A stretch of DNA of 64,000 nt, from assembly GCF_963921235.1 (NCBI RefSeq), contig NC_086097.1, forward strand, positions 221,714,001 to 221,778,000, given 5' to 3'. The stretch comes from Mobula hypostoma. Lineage: Eukaryota. The stretch's first letter is position 1, and each line of letters opens with the position of its first letter. This document shows, piece by piece, positions 21,698 through 31,779 of this stretch. Position numbers and translations under genes: made by a program. The notes under the pieces are model-generated. The model had not been told where the DNA came from and did no database searches. It saw only the letters and a list, made by a program, of their open reading frames with translations.

Positions 21698-22294
21698 CAG
21701 TTGAAGTCAGAAGTTTACATACACCTTAACCATATACATTTAAACTCAGTTTTTCACAATTCCTGACATTTAATCCTAGAAAACATTCCCTGTCTTAGCA
21801 ACATACATCAAAGTTGCTGGTGAACGCAGCAGGCCAGGCAGCATCTCTAGGAAGAGGTGCAGTCTACATTTCAGGCCCAGACCCTTCGTCATTCCCTGTC
21901 TTAGCATGTGCGAGCAAGGAGGCCTACAAACCTGACTCAGTTACAACAGTTCTGTCTGGAGGAATGGAACAAAATTCCAGCAACTTACTGTGAGAAGCTT
22001 GTGGAAGGCTACCCAAAACGTTTGACCTAAGTTAAACAATTTAAAGGCAATGCTACCAAATACGAACAAAGTGTATGTAAACTTCTGACCCACTGGGAAA
22101 GTGATGAAAGAAGTAAAAGCTGAAATAGATCATTCTCTTTACTATTATTCTGACATTTCACATTCTTAAAATAAAGTAGTGATCCTAACTGACCTAAGAC
22201 AGGGAATGTTTTCTAGGATTAAATGTCAGGAATTGTGAAAAACTGAGTTTAAATGTATTTGGCTAAGGTGTATGTAAGCTTCTGACTTCAATTA
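21698..22294 (+). mobile_element. Sleeping Beauty-like IR/DR Tc1 transposon, internally deleted
   Basis: Starts TA|CAGTTGAAGTCAGAAGTTTACATACAC. Transposase C-terminus VRARRPTNLTQLQQFCLEEWNKIPATYCEKLVEGYPKRLT*VKQFKGNATKY. Full right IR with inner and outer DRs (22070-22294). Confidence 0.93.
21801..21889 (-). mobile_element. Short Penelope pseudo-LTR inserted in the Tc1 relic, 17-bp TSD
   Basis: CATTCCCTGTCTTAGCA at 21784-21800 and 21890-21906. Confidence 0.82.
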
Positions 22295-22880
22295 AATGTG
22301 AAGGATGTAAGAAATAAAGTCAATTCATTCAATTCATTTCAATAACCCATAACCTCAAGTTCCAGTCTCACCGAGCCTCAGTGGAAAAAACTACTCCAGA
22401 ATTGCTAAGAGAGGGGTTGTTTAGTACACTTAATACCTTTCATGTAGTTACAAAAAGCAATAATATTAAATGGTTCATTCAGGAAAATATAGTTCCTGAA
22501 TTTTAACAAAAAAATCATATTTTGGCCTGATGGCTATAGTGATGAAAAGTATCTGAATATCTGAAATGGAATCAGCAAATCAATTTATTTGTGTACAGTT
22601 TGAAGCTAATACTAATACCAGTTCAGACCTGAAAATCATAATTCTTTTCATGACAAAAAGATTAAAGTAATTGAGTTAAGAGTTTTAATCAGAGACTGTT
22701 TGTTTCTGAAGTAAACCCTCAAATGCACAAAGCATAGTTTAGCCATCACATGATTCTCCATTCCATCATGAAATATATCAAATCATGCCACTAATATAAG
22801 ATGCAATAATTTTTGCTCCAAAAAGTATGAAATGTTGGAAATAGTCAGCAAGTCAGGCAGCATCTATAGAGATGGAGTCT

Positions 22881-23255
22881 CAAGTTCAAAGTCAAAGTAC
22901 ATTTATTATCAAAGTATGTATACATCATGCAATCTTGAGATTTGTTTCCTAACAGGCAGCCACAAAACAAGAAAACCCAAAATAACCCATAAAAAAAGAT
23001 AGACAAATAACCAATGTGCAGAGAACAAAAAGAAACACATTGTGTGAATAATATAAGTAAGTAAATAACATTTAGAATGAAAGTGAGTCCTCAGACACAA
23101 AGCCTGGAGCAGCCGGAACAGGCTTAAATCGATCAAACCTCGCTCTCGGTTTAGGTGGACAGGCCCTGAGTGTGCCTGCCTCCCCTTTGAGTTTGCTGTC
23201 TAATATGGAGCAAAACAATCCAGCTGGTGCAATCTGGAGCCCTAATACAATGTTG
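22881..23255 (-). mobile_element. LINE-type 3' tail fragment (Rex/L2 class) between two oppositely oriented pLTR pieces
   Basis: AAGTTCAAAGTCAAAGTACATTTATTATCAAAG tail, as at 38545 and 41100; pLTR pieces at ~22830-22880 (-) and ~23258-23325 (+). Confidence 0.6.
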
Positions 23256-23454
23256 CGACTGGAAATGCTGACCATCCCTTTGCCTCAACAGATGCTGCCT
23301 GATCTGCTGAGTTCCTCCAGCGTTTAACATCTGTATAAATTGCTGGCCAGCCGCAATGCATGTTTCAGTGTGGGGACCTGCACACTGACGTACAGGAATA
23401 CAGAACGTGATGAAGGATACGTCTGACCTCCCATTCAACATTGCAGGTCTCAGC

Positions 23455-23719
23455 TGTCACGTACCCTGTGACGAGGATAAAGTACCAGCAGAAATAGAAA
23501 CCACTTTGGAGTCCAGTATTGCTATAAACTACTAATATTTATTAGTAACTACGCAATACAGTAATATAAATGTAGATAAATCACACAGGTTAGCAATGAT
23601 TATACATAAAAGTAAGTGTGGAATATGTATGTATGAAAACCAAGCTTCTTTAAGTCTAGGGGTAAAAAGATACAGTCTTATGATGTTGAGTAAAGTTCAG
23701 TTCGTGGTATTTAGTTGAG

Positions 23720-23761
<42 letters not shown>

Positions 23762-24496
23762 GAGAGACAGAGAGAGAGAGACAGACAGACAGAGTCGAGT
23801 CTTCAGGTGAGCTAATGCCGTCGATCTTCTCGTCGTCCTCCGAGGTCCTTTACAAGTCACCGACTGTGACTTTAACCAGGGGGACCGGTCTTCTGTGGTG
23901 GAGCTATCACCCCGGCAAGGGTGGACACATAGACGACTCCCCACCAGTCAACCCCTTCTTCACAGGTGGAATAGCAAGTTGGATCGATCCGCCTGATCGA
24001 TCCTCCAAAACCCACTTTCTCTGCGGGCACAACAATGCTCATTCAGTGTCCAGATCATGTGTCCTGTGTCTGAGGTCTATATCATCTGACCTCCCATTTA
24101 TTTCACCTGGCTGAGCATCACCTGTCATTCAAAGTGTCCCTCCTTCTTTTGTCTTTAAAGAAATGCACAAGCAGGCGACAAGTCCTTGGAAGTATCAACA
24201 ACCTGCTGAAAATCATAACATCGAGTGTCCATTAAATAACACCACCTTCAGTCACCATAGCAGCTTATGAGCTGCTCGGTGCCGTCTACAACTCCAAACT
24301 CAATAAAAATCCAAAGTTACTTCCAATGCCTTAAAGTGACAGTCCAACCGTTAATCTTCGTCTCTCTCTCTCTCCCTTTTCAAAAGCAACATTTCAGTGG
24401 TAAATAACTCTGTCTCTCTCTCCTTTCCAAACAAACGATCAATGATAAATGTCTCTCTCCAAACAGTTAATAGGGGTAAACCTGGATTCCCTCACA
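23455..24496 (-). mobile_element. Solo LTR (1042 bp), 4-bp TSD CAGC
   Basis: TG...CA termini; CAGC at 23451-54 and 24497-500; internal (AG)n at 23725-23792. Orientation inferred from a minus-strand AATAAA near 23540. Confidence 0.8.
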
Positions 24497-24545
24497 CAGC
24501 ACTGAGAACCCATTGTAATTCAATAAGGTATTAAACTAAGAGGTT

Positions 24546-25885
24546 TATCTAGCCGGCTATCTGAACCTTCTGCTTTTTGCCCCGAGTAGCCAGGGCATCT
24601 CTCAGAGTCTCTCCCAGCAATAGCAAAGATACAGACTTGCAGTACCCCAAGGACTATGCGTTCACCCGGTGTTCGACATACCACAGGCTCTCTCTCTCCC
24701 TAATAAAGGAAAAAGAGGTGGCTCTATTTCACAGCAAGAGCGGAGACATACCAACAACTCTCTGATTTACGATGTTAAAAGTCCATTGCCTCACTTTTCC
24801 GAGCTCTGTGCCCAAAGATCTCAGGTCTCTGGGCACACAGCCACAGATCTTCCGACCACCCACGACACACCGATCTTCTACCGGGACAATGACTTTCAAT
24901 CCGTCCATCTCCAGAGCCACGAGATCTCGAACCCTCGGAGGTGAGTGAAGCTCTTAAGGCTGATTTATACCTGTGCGTTGGTGATTCCGCATCGCTCTGC
25001 AATTCACCGCCAAAACGCTAGTTGGCGGTGGGGTTTCTATGCCACTATGTTGAGTTTCTTTGTGTTGAAACTCAACACGAAGAAAGTCAAACTTCAAACA
25101 ACGGCGACTGAAACTGAAGGAGGGTGAATTTTCTGTATGCATAGTCTAGTATCACTTAACAGAATTGAGAATTTTGAGCCAAAATCGACTTGTCGAAAAA
25201 AATCGGCACATCACGCATGCGCACACACCTGCCCGCGTAAAGCTTCATGGTCATGGTAGACTTTCTCAGGGTAAACAAGTTTAGGCGAGCGTCTTTTTTC
25301 GTAAAAGCGAAAATCCTCTTTCGGTTAACGAAAACAGGTACTAATGTAGGTCTTTCGTAAAAGCGAAATGTGTCCTCCATAATTTCGGAGGTCTGTAAAG
25401 CTTTATGGAAAGCATTGCAGCCAGAGTTCCTTCCCTACCCTTCAGTCACCCAATGGGAAGCTATTACAGCGTTGGAGGAAATGCGATGCTACCAAGCGGA
25501 CAAATCACAGTTTTTTCTGTCTGCAATGCCGCGACGCGTAGTTACTTTTTGGGAGAGGTGCGCGTTAGGCTACGGCGTAGGATTTGCATAGGGTGCAGCG
25601 TAGGGTTCGCAGCTACGCCGTACCTACGGCGTACATTTGACACACAAGTATAAATCAGCTTTAAGGCCACATCCTTGGCATGTTGAATAACGGCCAGTCG
25701 TGAAACCCCGAGACCGGGTACCATTCCCGCAAAGAACCAAGGTCAACGTGTAACTCCAGGTCAGGGTCTTCAAAAGAACCCTGAAAGGGAAAAATAGAAA
25801 TATTAAAGATGGAAATAGAGCTGTTTCTGAAGATGCAAGCAAAGGAGTTGCCGTTTAGCGCCATCATGACTAAGCTCCGCCCTCT
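24546..25885 (-). mobile_element. CpG-rich retroelement 5' region (YY1-like start), host of a Harbinger relic
   Basis: Minus strand starts GGCGGAGCTTAGTCATGATGGCGC; the sequence is continuous across the Harbinger insertion site (CTCTTAAGGCCAC). Confidence 0.5.
24958..25660 (+). mobile_element. PIF/Harbinger non-autonomous element
   Basis: TIRs GGCTGATTTATACCTGTGCGT / ACACACAAGTATAAATCAGCT flanked by TTAA on both sides; internal [32 protein letters not shown] resembles Harbinger transposase. Confidence 0.78.
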
Positions 25886-26268
25886 TAGGATGAGAGGGCC
25901 TTAGTACTCCAAATGTGATCTGACCAAAGTGTTACAAAGCCTCAGCATTACATCCTTGCTCTTATATTCTAGTCCTCGCAAAATGAATCCTGACATTGCA
26001 TTTGCATTTCTTATTTCTAACTTGACTTGCAAGTTAATGTTGAGGGAATCCTGCACTAGGACTTCCAAATCCTTTCGCATCTCTGATTTCTGAATTTCTC
26101 CCCATTTAGAAAATAGTTTGTGCCTTTATTCCTTCTACTAAAGTGTGTAATCATACACTTCCCTACACTGTATTCCATTTACCACTTCTTTACCCATTTT
26201 CCTAATCTGTCCAAGTCCTTTTGCAGACTCCCTGCTTCCTCAACACTCCCTGTCCCTCCACCTATTTA
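25886..26268 (-). mobile_element. CR1 RT fragment
   Basis: Antisense of the LQKDLDRLGKWVKKW...GKCMITHF...QIT(F)GV region; homologous to other CR1 copies. Confidence 0.8.
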
Positions 26269-26919
26269 TGAATGGGTCAGATTGTTGGAGACCCCTACTA
26301 CAGCAGGTGAGCAACAAGCAATGTGCTGGAGGAACTCAGTGGGTTATGCAACATCTTTGGGAGGAAAGGAACTGTCAGAAGTGTTCATCAGGACCCAGCA
26401 CCATGTAGTATGTTAACCCAGTGGCCCACCTGAGTTCTAAGGCTCATGTCAATAGTTGAAGAAAAATAACAAGTGTTTCTTTGGTGTCTTGCACAACATC
26501 GCTCGAAGTGGATATGTGACGTGGAAGTGGGTTCACGGGTTTGGTAAGTGAGACAGAAAATATTGAATGCGAATAAGCATATTAATCATTTATTTTACAA
26601 AGAGTAAAAAATTCGACTGGACAGCTATGTTCCCCCTAGTTATGCAAACTGCTAAACCAAATATTGAACAAACAGATACTAGGTTAAAAGTGCACACGGG
26701 GGCATACCTTCCCAGTGGTTCCAGCGACAAAGGAAAAGAGAGCCAACCTCTCGCATGTGTTATCCCCTGTCTCCGCAAAGTGCTTGAAACCAGACTCTAG
26801 GTGCCGTGGCTTTTAAGCCAACCAATGGGAAAGGGCAGCTGCAGTTTTTAAACTAACCAGTCAACAAATGACACGGCAGAAGCAGCTTTCGACTGGCCAG
26901 CAGGCCACTACCCGACACC

Positions 26920-27205
26920 ACAGGGTTCAATTCCACCGCTGTCTGAAAGGAGTTTGTATATTCTCCTAGTGACCGCGTGAGTTTCTTCCAGTTGCTCAGT
27001 TTCATCTCACGTGGCAAAGACATCTAGGTTAGGGTTAATAAATTGTGGACGTGGCATGTTGGAAGTATCGGAGTATGTTGGAATACTGGAAGCATTGTGA
27101 CACTAGGGGCACTAAGGCATCCCCAGACCGTATTGGTCGTTGACATTAACATCTCATTTCACTGTATGTTTCAATGTGCATGTGAGAAATAAAGCTAATT
27201 TTAAA
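26920..27205 (+). mobile_element. V-SINE (HE1-like)
   Basis: B box GGGTTCAATTCC, V-domain GGAGTTTGTATATTCTCC...GCGTGAGTTTCTTCCAGTTGCTCAGTTTC, 3' AATAAAGCTAAT. Confidence 0.75.
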
Positions 27206-28099
27206 ACTTTTCATTAACACTATTTAGTCATTTACATTACCACTCCCTTTGGGACATGCTGTGTGCAGATTAGCATCACACTCCACTGCATTAAAACAGT
27301 GAGTGTACTGTATACAAGTAATTTATTGCCATGAAATTGATATAGCTGAGATCACGAAAAGCAAATACAAATTCTTTTTAAAGTTGTTACATAAGTGAAG
27401 TTGTTATTGCCATGGATGTTCATTGGTGAAGAGATACAGGTATGAGACAGTGTCAAGACATGACCGGGAATAGATGTGAATTAGGTTACATAGGAATATT
27501 TTGATTAAATTGGTAAATTATTTAATTATTGTCAGATGTATTGGAGTATAGTGAAAATATTTACTTTGCATCCATACAGATTATTTCATTACACCAGAGG
27601 CAGCACAAGAGTAAACAACAAAAGAATTCAGAATAAAATGTTAACAGTTACAGAAAAAGTGCAGTGCAGGATAAAACAGATTGTTAGATTGAGTCCATCT
27701 TATTGTACAAGCAGGCTGATCAATGGCCTTATAACAGTGGGATAGAAGCTGACCTTGAGCCTGGAGGTGCAGTATGTATTTTCAGGCTTTTGTGTCTTCT
27801 GCCAAAGGGGGTGGGGTATGGAGAGGGACAGGTAAAAGAAAGAATGCCGAGATTGGGTGGGGTCATTGATTATGCTGGATGCATGGTGTACCTAATGAAT
27901 GGAACCTGGGCTAAGGTTACGTTACATTGGTAGATTGTGCATGTTCATCACTTTCTTTAATGTATGTCGCACAGGTCCTGCGTAGTATTGAATATGTTCC
28001 CCATTTTTTAAAATTTTGGAATAATCCAAATTTACAGTAGAGGAAGGGGTCATTTGACCTAAATGTTCTGCACTTTTTAAGGAGTCAGTATCTACAACA

Positions 28100-29640
28100 A
28101 AAGGAGAAAATGCTGAAAATAGTCAACTGTTTAGGTAGTACATGTAGAGTACTTGTAGAGAGAAACAGCTTTGTTTCAAGTTGAAGATTTTTCAAGGGCC
28201 TAATCTCCAGCTCTTTCACATAACATCTTTTCTTTAAAGTCATAATTTAATCTATGTCATCTTTCCTGACAGGGATTGCTTTTCATAAAACTACCATCTC
28301 TGTGTGAACACATATTGGTTTGTGTTTCCTTTGATTCTTTTCCTGATTGCCTTTAAATTGGTTCTTAATCTTTCAGCCAATGGGAACAAATTTCTCCTTA
28401 ATTTTTCTCTCTCTCTGTCTTTTAAACACATCTCCCAAATATCCTTCCTGACTCTTAGCTCTTAAAAGACATTTCCAGCCAATCCATGTAACTGTGTTTT
28501 TCATGTGTGCAGCATTCTAGTTAATGTATGTTCCCTTGAGTCCTCATGTCCTTCCTGTACTGTGGTAGCCACAACAAGATACAATATCAAGTTGCAACCG
28601 AATTATTGTTTTGTGGAGACTCAACATAACTTACCTACTTTACAAAGTAAGTTCTTTTTCTGCTTCCACTCTCACTCCCCTGTGTCTGTCTCTCATCTCC
28701 TCCCCACCAAGCTCCTTCTGTCATCATCTTTTACCCCTCCTCGACTTACCTATCACCTACTGGATCCTCCCTCCCATCCCTCACACTCTCTACTTTATAC
28801 TGACTATCTTCCCTTTACATCCTTTGTCCTGATGCTGGGTCTTGACCAGAACTGTTGTCAATGCCCCCCCCCCCCGACCCCACCACCAGGGATGCTGCTC
28901 AACACACTGAGCTCCTCCAGCAATTTATTTTTGCTCCCGGTTCAAGTATCTGCAACCTGTTTTGTCTTCAGGGCTCACTTTAACAGGATACGGTTTTCTT
29001 TGGCTATTTCTTCAACCAATCCTGCAAGCTTCATACACTTCTGCACAATTACGCACTGCTTTCCCATACTTGAATCTAATTACAATTGTACTTTTTATCT
29101 TCTGATTTCTCTTTTTATTACGTCCACCAAGAACATTCATTGCCATCTGCTTGCTCACTCTCTCAGCTTCACCATGCTTTGGGAAATCTATTAGAATCTA
29201 CCTCATATTCTACTACAATTCTGGTATTTATTTATCTTCAGATTTTGAAATTGTGTCTTCATGCCTAAGTTAAATACATGAAAATTGATCAAGAAAACAT
29301 GTTGTCTTGATACCAAACCCTGGGGATCACCACTGCATGCCTTTGTCCAGACCAAACACAAGCTGCTCATCTATGCTCTTCCTTTCCTTTTCCTGACTCA
29401 TTGTGGTATTTTTGCTACTAATTTCATGGGTCTCGGCCTGAAACGTCAACTGTACCTCTTCCTAGAGATGCTGCCTGGCCTGCTGCGTTCACCAGCAACT
29501 TTGATATGTGTTGCTTGAAATTCCAGCATCTGCAGAATTCCTCTTGTTTGCATTTTTTAATTTCATGGGGGCTTATTTTTCTGACAAGCCTAAGGTAAGT
29601 TGCTCTGTCAAAAATATCTCGCAAACACATACACACCACA
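28100..29640. mobile_element. Highly decayed CR1 (-) with interleaved Penelope pLTR pieces (28640-28970 +, 29428-29557 +)
   Basis: The 29428-29557 piece is flanked by TAATTTCATGGG (29419-30, 29558-69); residual CR1 similarity (GGGGATCACCACTG, ACACATACACACCACATC). Confidence 0.55.
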
Positions 29641-30005
29641 TCAATTACAGTTCAATTATCAGTAATTTCTGATGCCTAAACAAAACAACTCTCAGCAATT
29701 AATGTCTTGCCACACAGACTGTGTGGAAATTGCAATGATATTTGCTCCATTTCAAATCAAATTTAGTTATAAGTCAACCTTACGTAGATACAGCTGAATG
29801 AGACAGTGTTCCTTGGGGTCAAGGTGCAAACCATTCAAAATTGCAAGCAAACATTAAAAAATAGCAAGTAACATCATTCAAAATAGTGAGCAAAGTAGCA
29901 TATTCACTTGAAAAAAAGACCTATTTATAGCCCAAGACCCTATGAGAAAATGTCCAGCAATCATTGGTACAGTCCCCCGGCCGCACACAATCCAGCCTGC
30001 ATTTA

Positions 30006-30425
30006 CATCGACTTCTCTAACTTCCGCTAAGGCCCCACCTCCCCCTCGTACCCCATCTGTTACTCATTTTTATGCACACATTCTTTCTCTCACTCTCCTT
30101 TTTCTCCCTCTGTCCCTCTGAATATACCTCTTGCCCATCCTCTGGGTCACCCCCCCCCCGCCTTGTCTTTCTTCCCGGACCTCCTGTCCCATGATCCTCT
30201 CGTATCCCCTTTTGCCTATCACCTGTCCAGCTCTCGGCTCTATCCCTCCCCATCCTGTCTTCTCCTATCTTTTTGCATCTCCCCCTCCCCCTCCAGCTTT
30301 CAAATCCCTTACTCACTCTTCCTTCAGTTAGTCCTGACGAAGGGTCTCGGCCTGAAACATCGACTGTGCCTCTTCCTATAGATGCTGCTTGGCCTGCTGC
30401 GTTCACCAGCAACTTTGATGTATGT
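30006..30425 (+). mobile_element. Penelope 3' end/pseudo-LTR with hammerhead motif, 15-bp TSD
   Basis: TCCAGCCTGCATTTA at 29991-30005 and 30426-30440; hammerhead AGTC-CTGACGA-AGGGTCTCGGCCT-GAAA-CA-TC-GACT at 30330-30365. Confidence 0.85.
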
Positions 30426-31104
30426 TCCAGCCTGCATTTATACTGCTTAGGTTGAGTTGGGCTAGCATCTAACAAATGAAGCCATTGACTGTCAGCAGTT
30501 GATTTTAGCCCATGTATCTCATTTAAATCACACCCCACACCCTCCCCACCATAAACCTCCAGCACCAGGCTCATTATGGCAGAGACAGGACACCCTATCT
30601 TTAATTTCTGGATAATTAGCACTTAATTAATCTGTAAGTACCAGTAATGTTTTACACAGCTACCTCTCCTCCTCTCTACTCCAATACATAAGGTCTTATG
30701 TTGACAGCTTTCATCATATTTACTTAAAATTAGCTTTGTGGGATAAAAAAATACATTTGTAAATTGGACTTAATGTTCCTCCTGAACTTGAGTGAGAAAA
30801 CCTCAGGTGGAAGGAATCAGACAAAATGATCCCCTAATTTTATGATGCCTGGTCCCTTTTGGCAGTTGTACAAGCAATGAAAATGATCTGGAATTCCACC
30901 TCACCATGTCCATTAGTTTCAGATATCTCACACAAGACTGATTGCAAATTTACCTCATCTTGGCACTGAACTGTGGTTGTTTTCAGTCATTCAGAGTAAA
31001 GTTGAAAAGTGATTAAATATAACATTGAAGCTATGCTTGGAAAAATAGGTACAATATGCATCAGAATTGCTTGTCAGCTGATAGATCCTGAAGGAGCAAA
31101 AGTA

Positions 31105-31633
31105 CAGAACAGTGCAAAGAATTAGGCACATATTCCAGGCTAGGATGCCAAAGATGTTTGCGCAGTACTGTAGTAATTTTATGCATTGCTCTGTACTGCT
31201 GCCACAAAAAAAATCATGATGTGTGAGTGATGATAAACCTGATTCTGACTGTGGACTGAGAGTGGGAGGGGGGCAGGGAGAGGGGAATCATGGTTAAGAA
31301 GGTAAGGGAAAGGGGAAGGAGTGAGAAGCACCAGAGAGGCATTCTGTAATGATCAATAAACCAATCGTTTTGAATCTAATGACCTTGCCTAGGGTTCCAT
31401 AGCTGGATGTATCTGCACCCCTGCCAAACCCTGCCTTTGGCACTCCATCTCTGCCATCTATTCCACAGCACCATCTGCAGAGCTCCACCCTCACTATTCC
31501 CAACATCCTTTGCTCCTATCAGATTTACAAATTTGTTCTCCACTCCACATTGACAAATACAGTACTGTGAAAAAGTCTTAGGTACCCTAGCTATAGATTG
31601 TATATGTATGCTTAAAACTTTTGCACAGTACTG
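31105..31633. mobile_element. Composite repeat bounded by two tiny Tc1-type MITEs (31105-31170, 31560-31633)
   Basis: Each unit is TA|CAGTACTGTG(C)AAAAGTCTTAGG...CTTTTGCACAGTACTG|TA-like. Confidence 0.6.
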
Positions 31634-31779
31634 TAGAAATCTTCGATAGTGAGAGTTTATGGCCAATGGACTTCCATAAGGGTCAAGGACAAGGACAGCA
31701 AGTCCAGAGAACTCTCAGTACAAGGGATATTGAGTGTTTGATAAAGAAATGAAAGATGGTTGCTATAGAGTACTGAAAA

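Larger units (their letters stand above)
20613..22340 (+). mobile_element. Rex1/Babar-type LINE, 5'-truncated
   Basis: FLDYSSA, NTGAPQGCVLSPLLFSLYTHDC, KFADNT, FYRGTIESILT; tail (ATTC)n; same family as 57440-59580. Confidence 0.88.
18840..22392 (-). mobile_element. CR1 3' end fragment serving as host of a multi-layer nest (pieces 18840-18976, 20470-20612, 22343-22392)
   Basis: The joined pieces are collinear with the uninterrupted related copy at 38745-39040. Confidence 0.7.

Noticed and set aside
28505..29194. 229-aa ORF
   Set aside because: Runs through pyrimidine-rich Penelope pLTR and decayed CR1 sequence; low complexity, no domain.
30017..30622. 201-aa minus-strand ORF
   Set aside because: Mostly antisense of the pLTR insert and crosses its TSD boundary.
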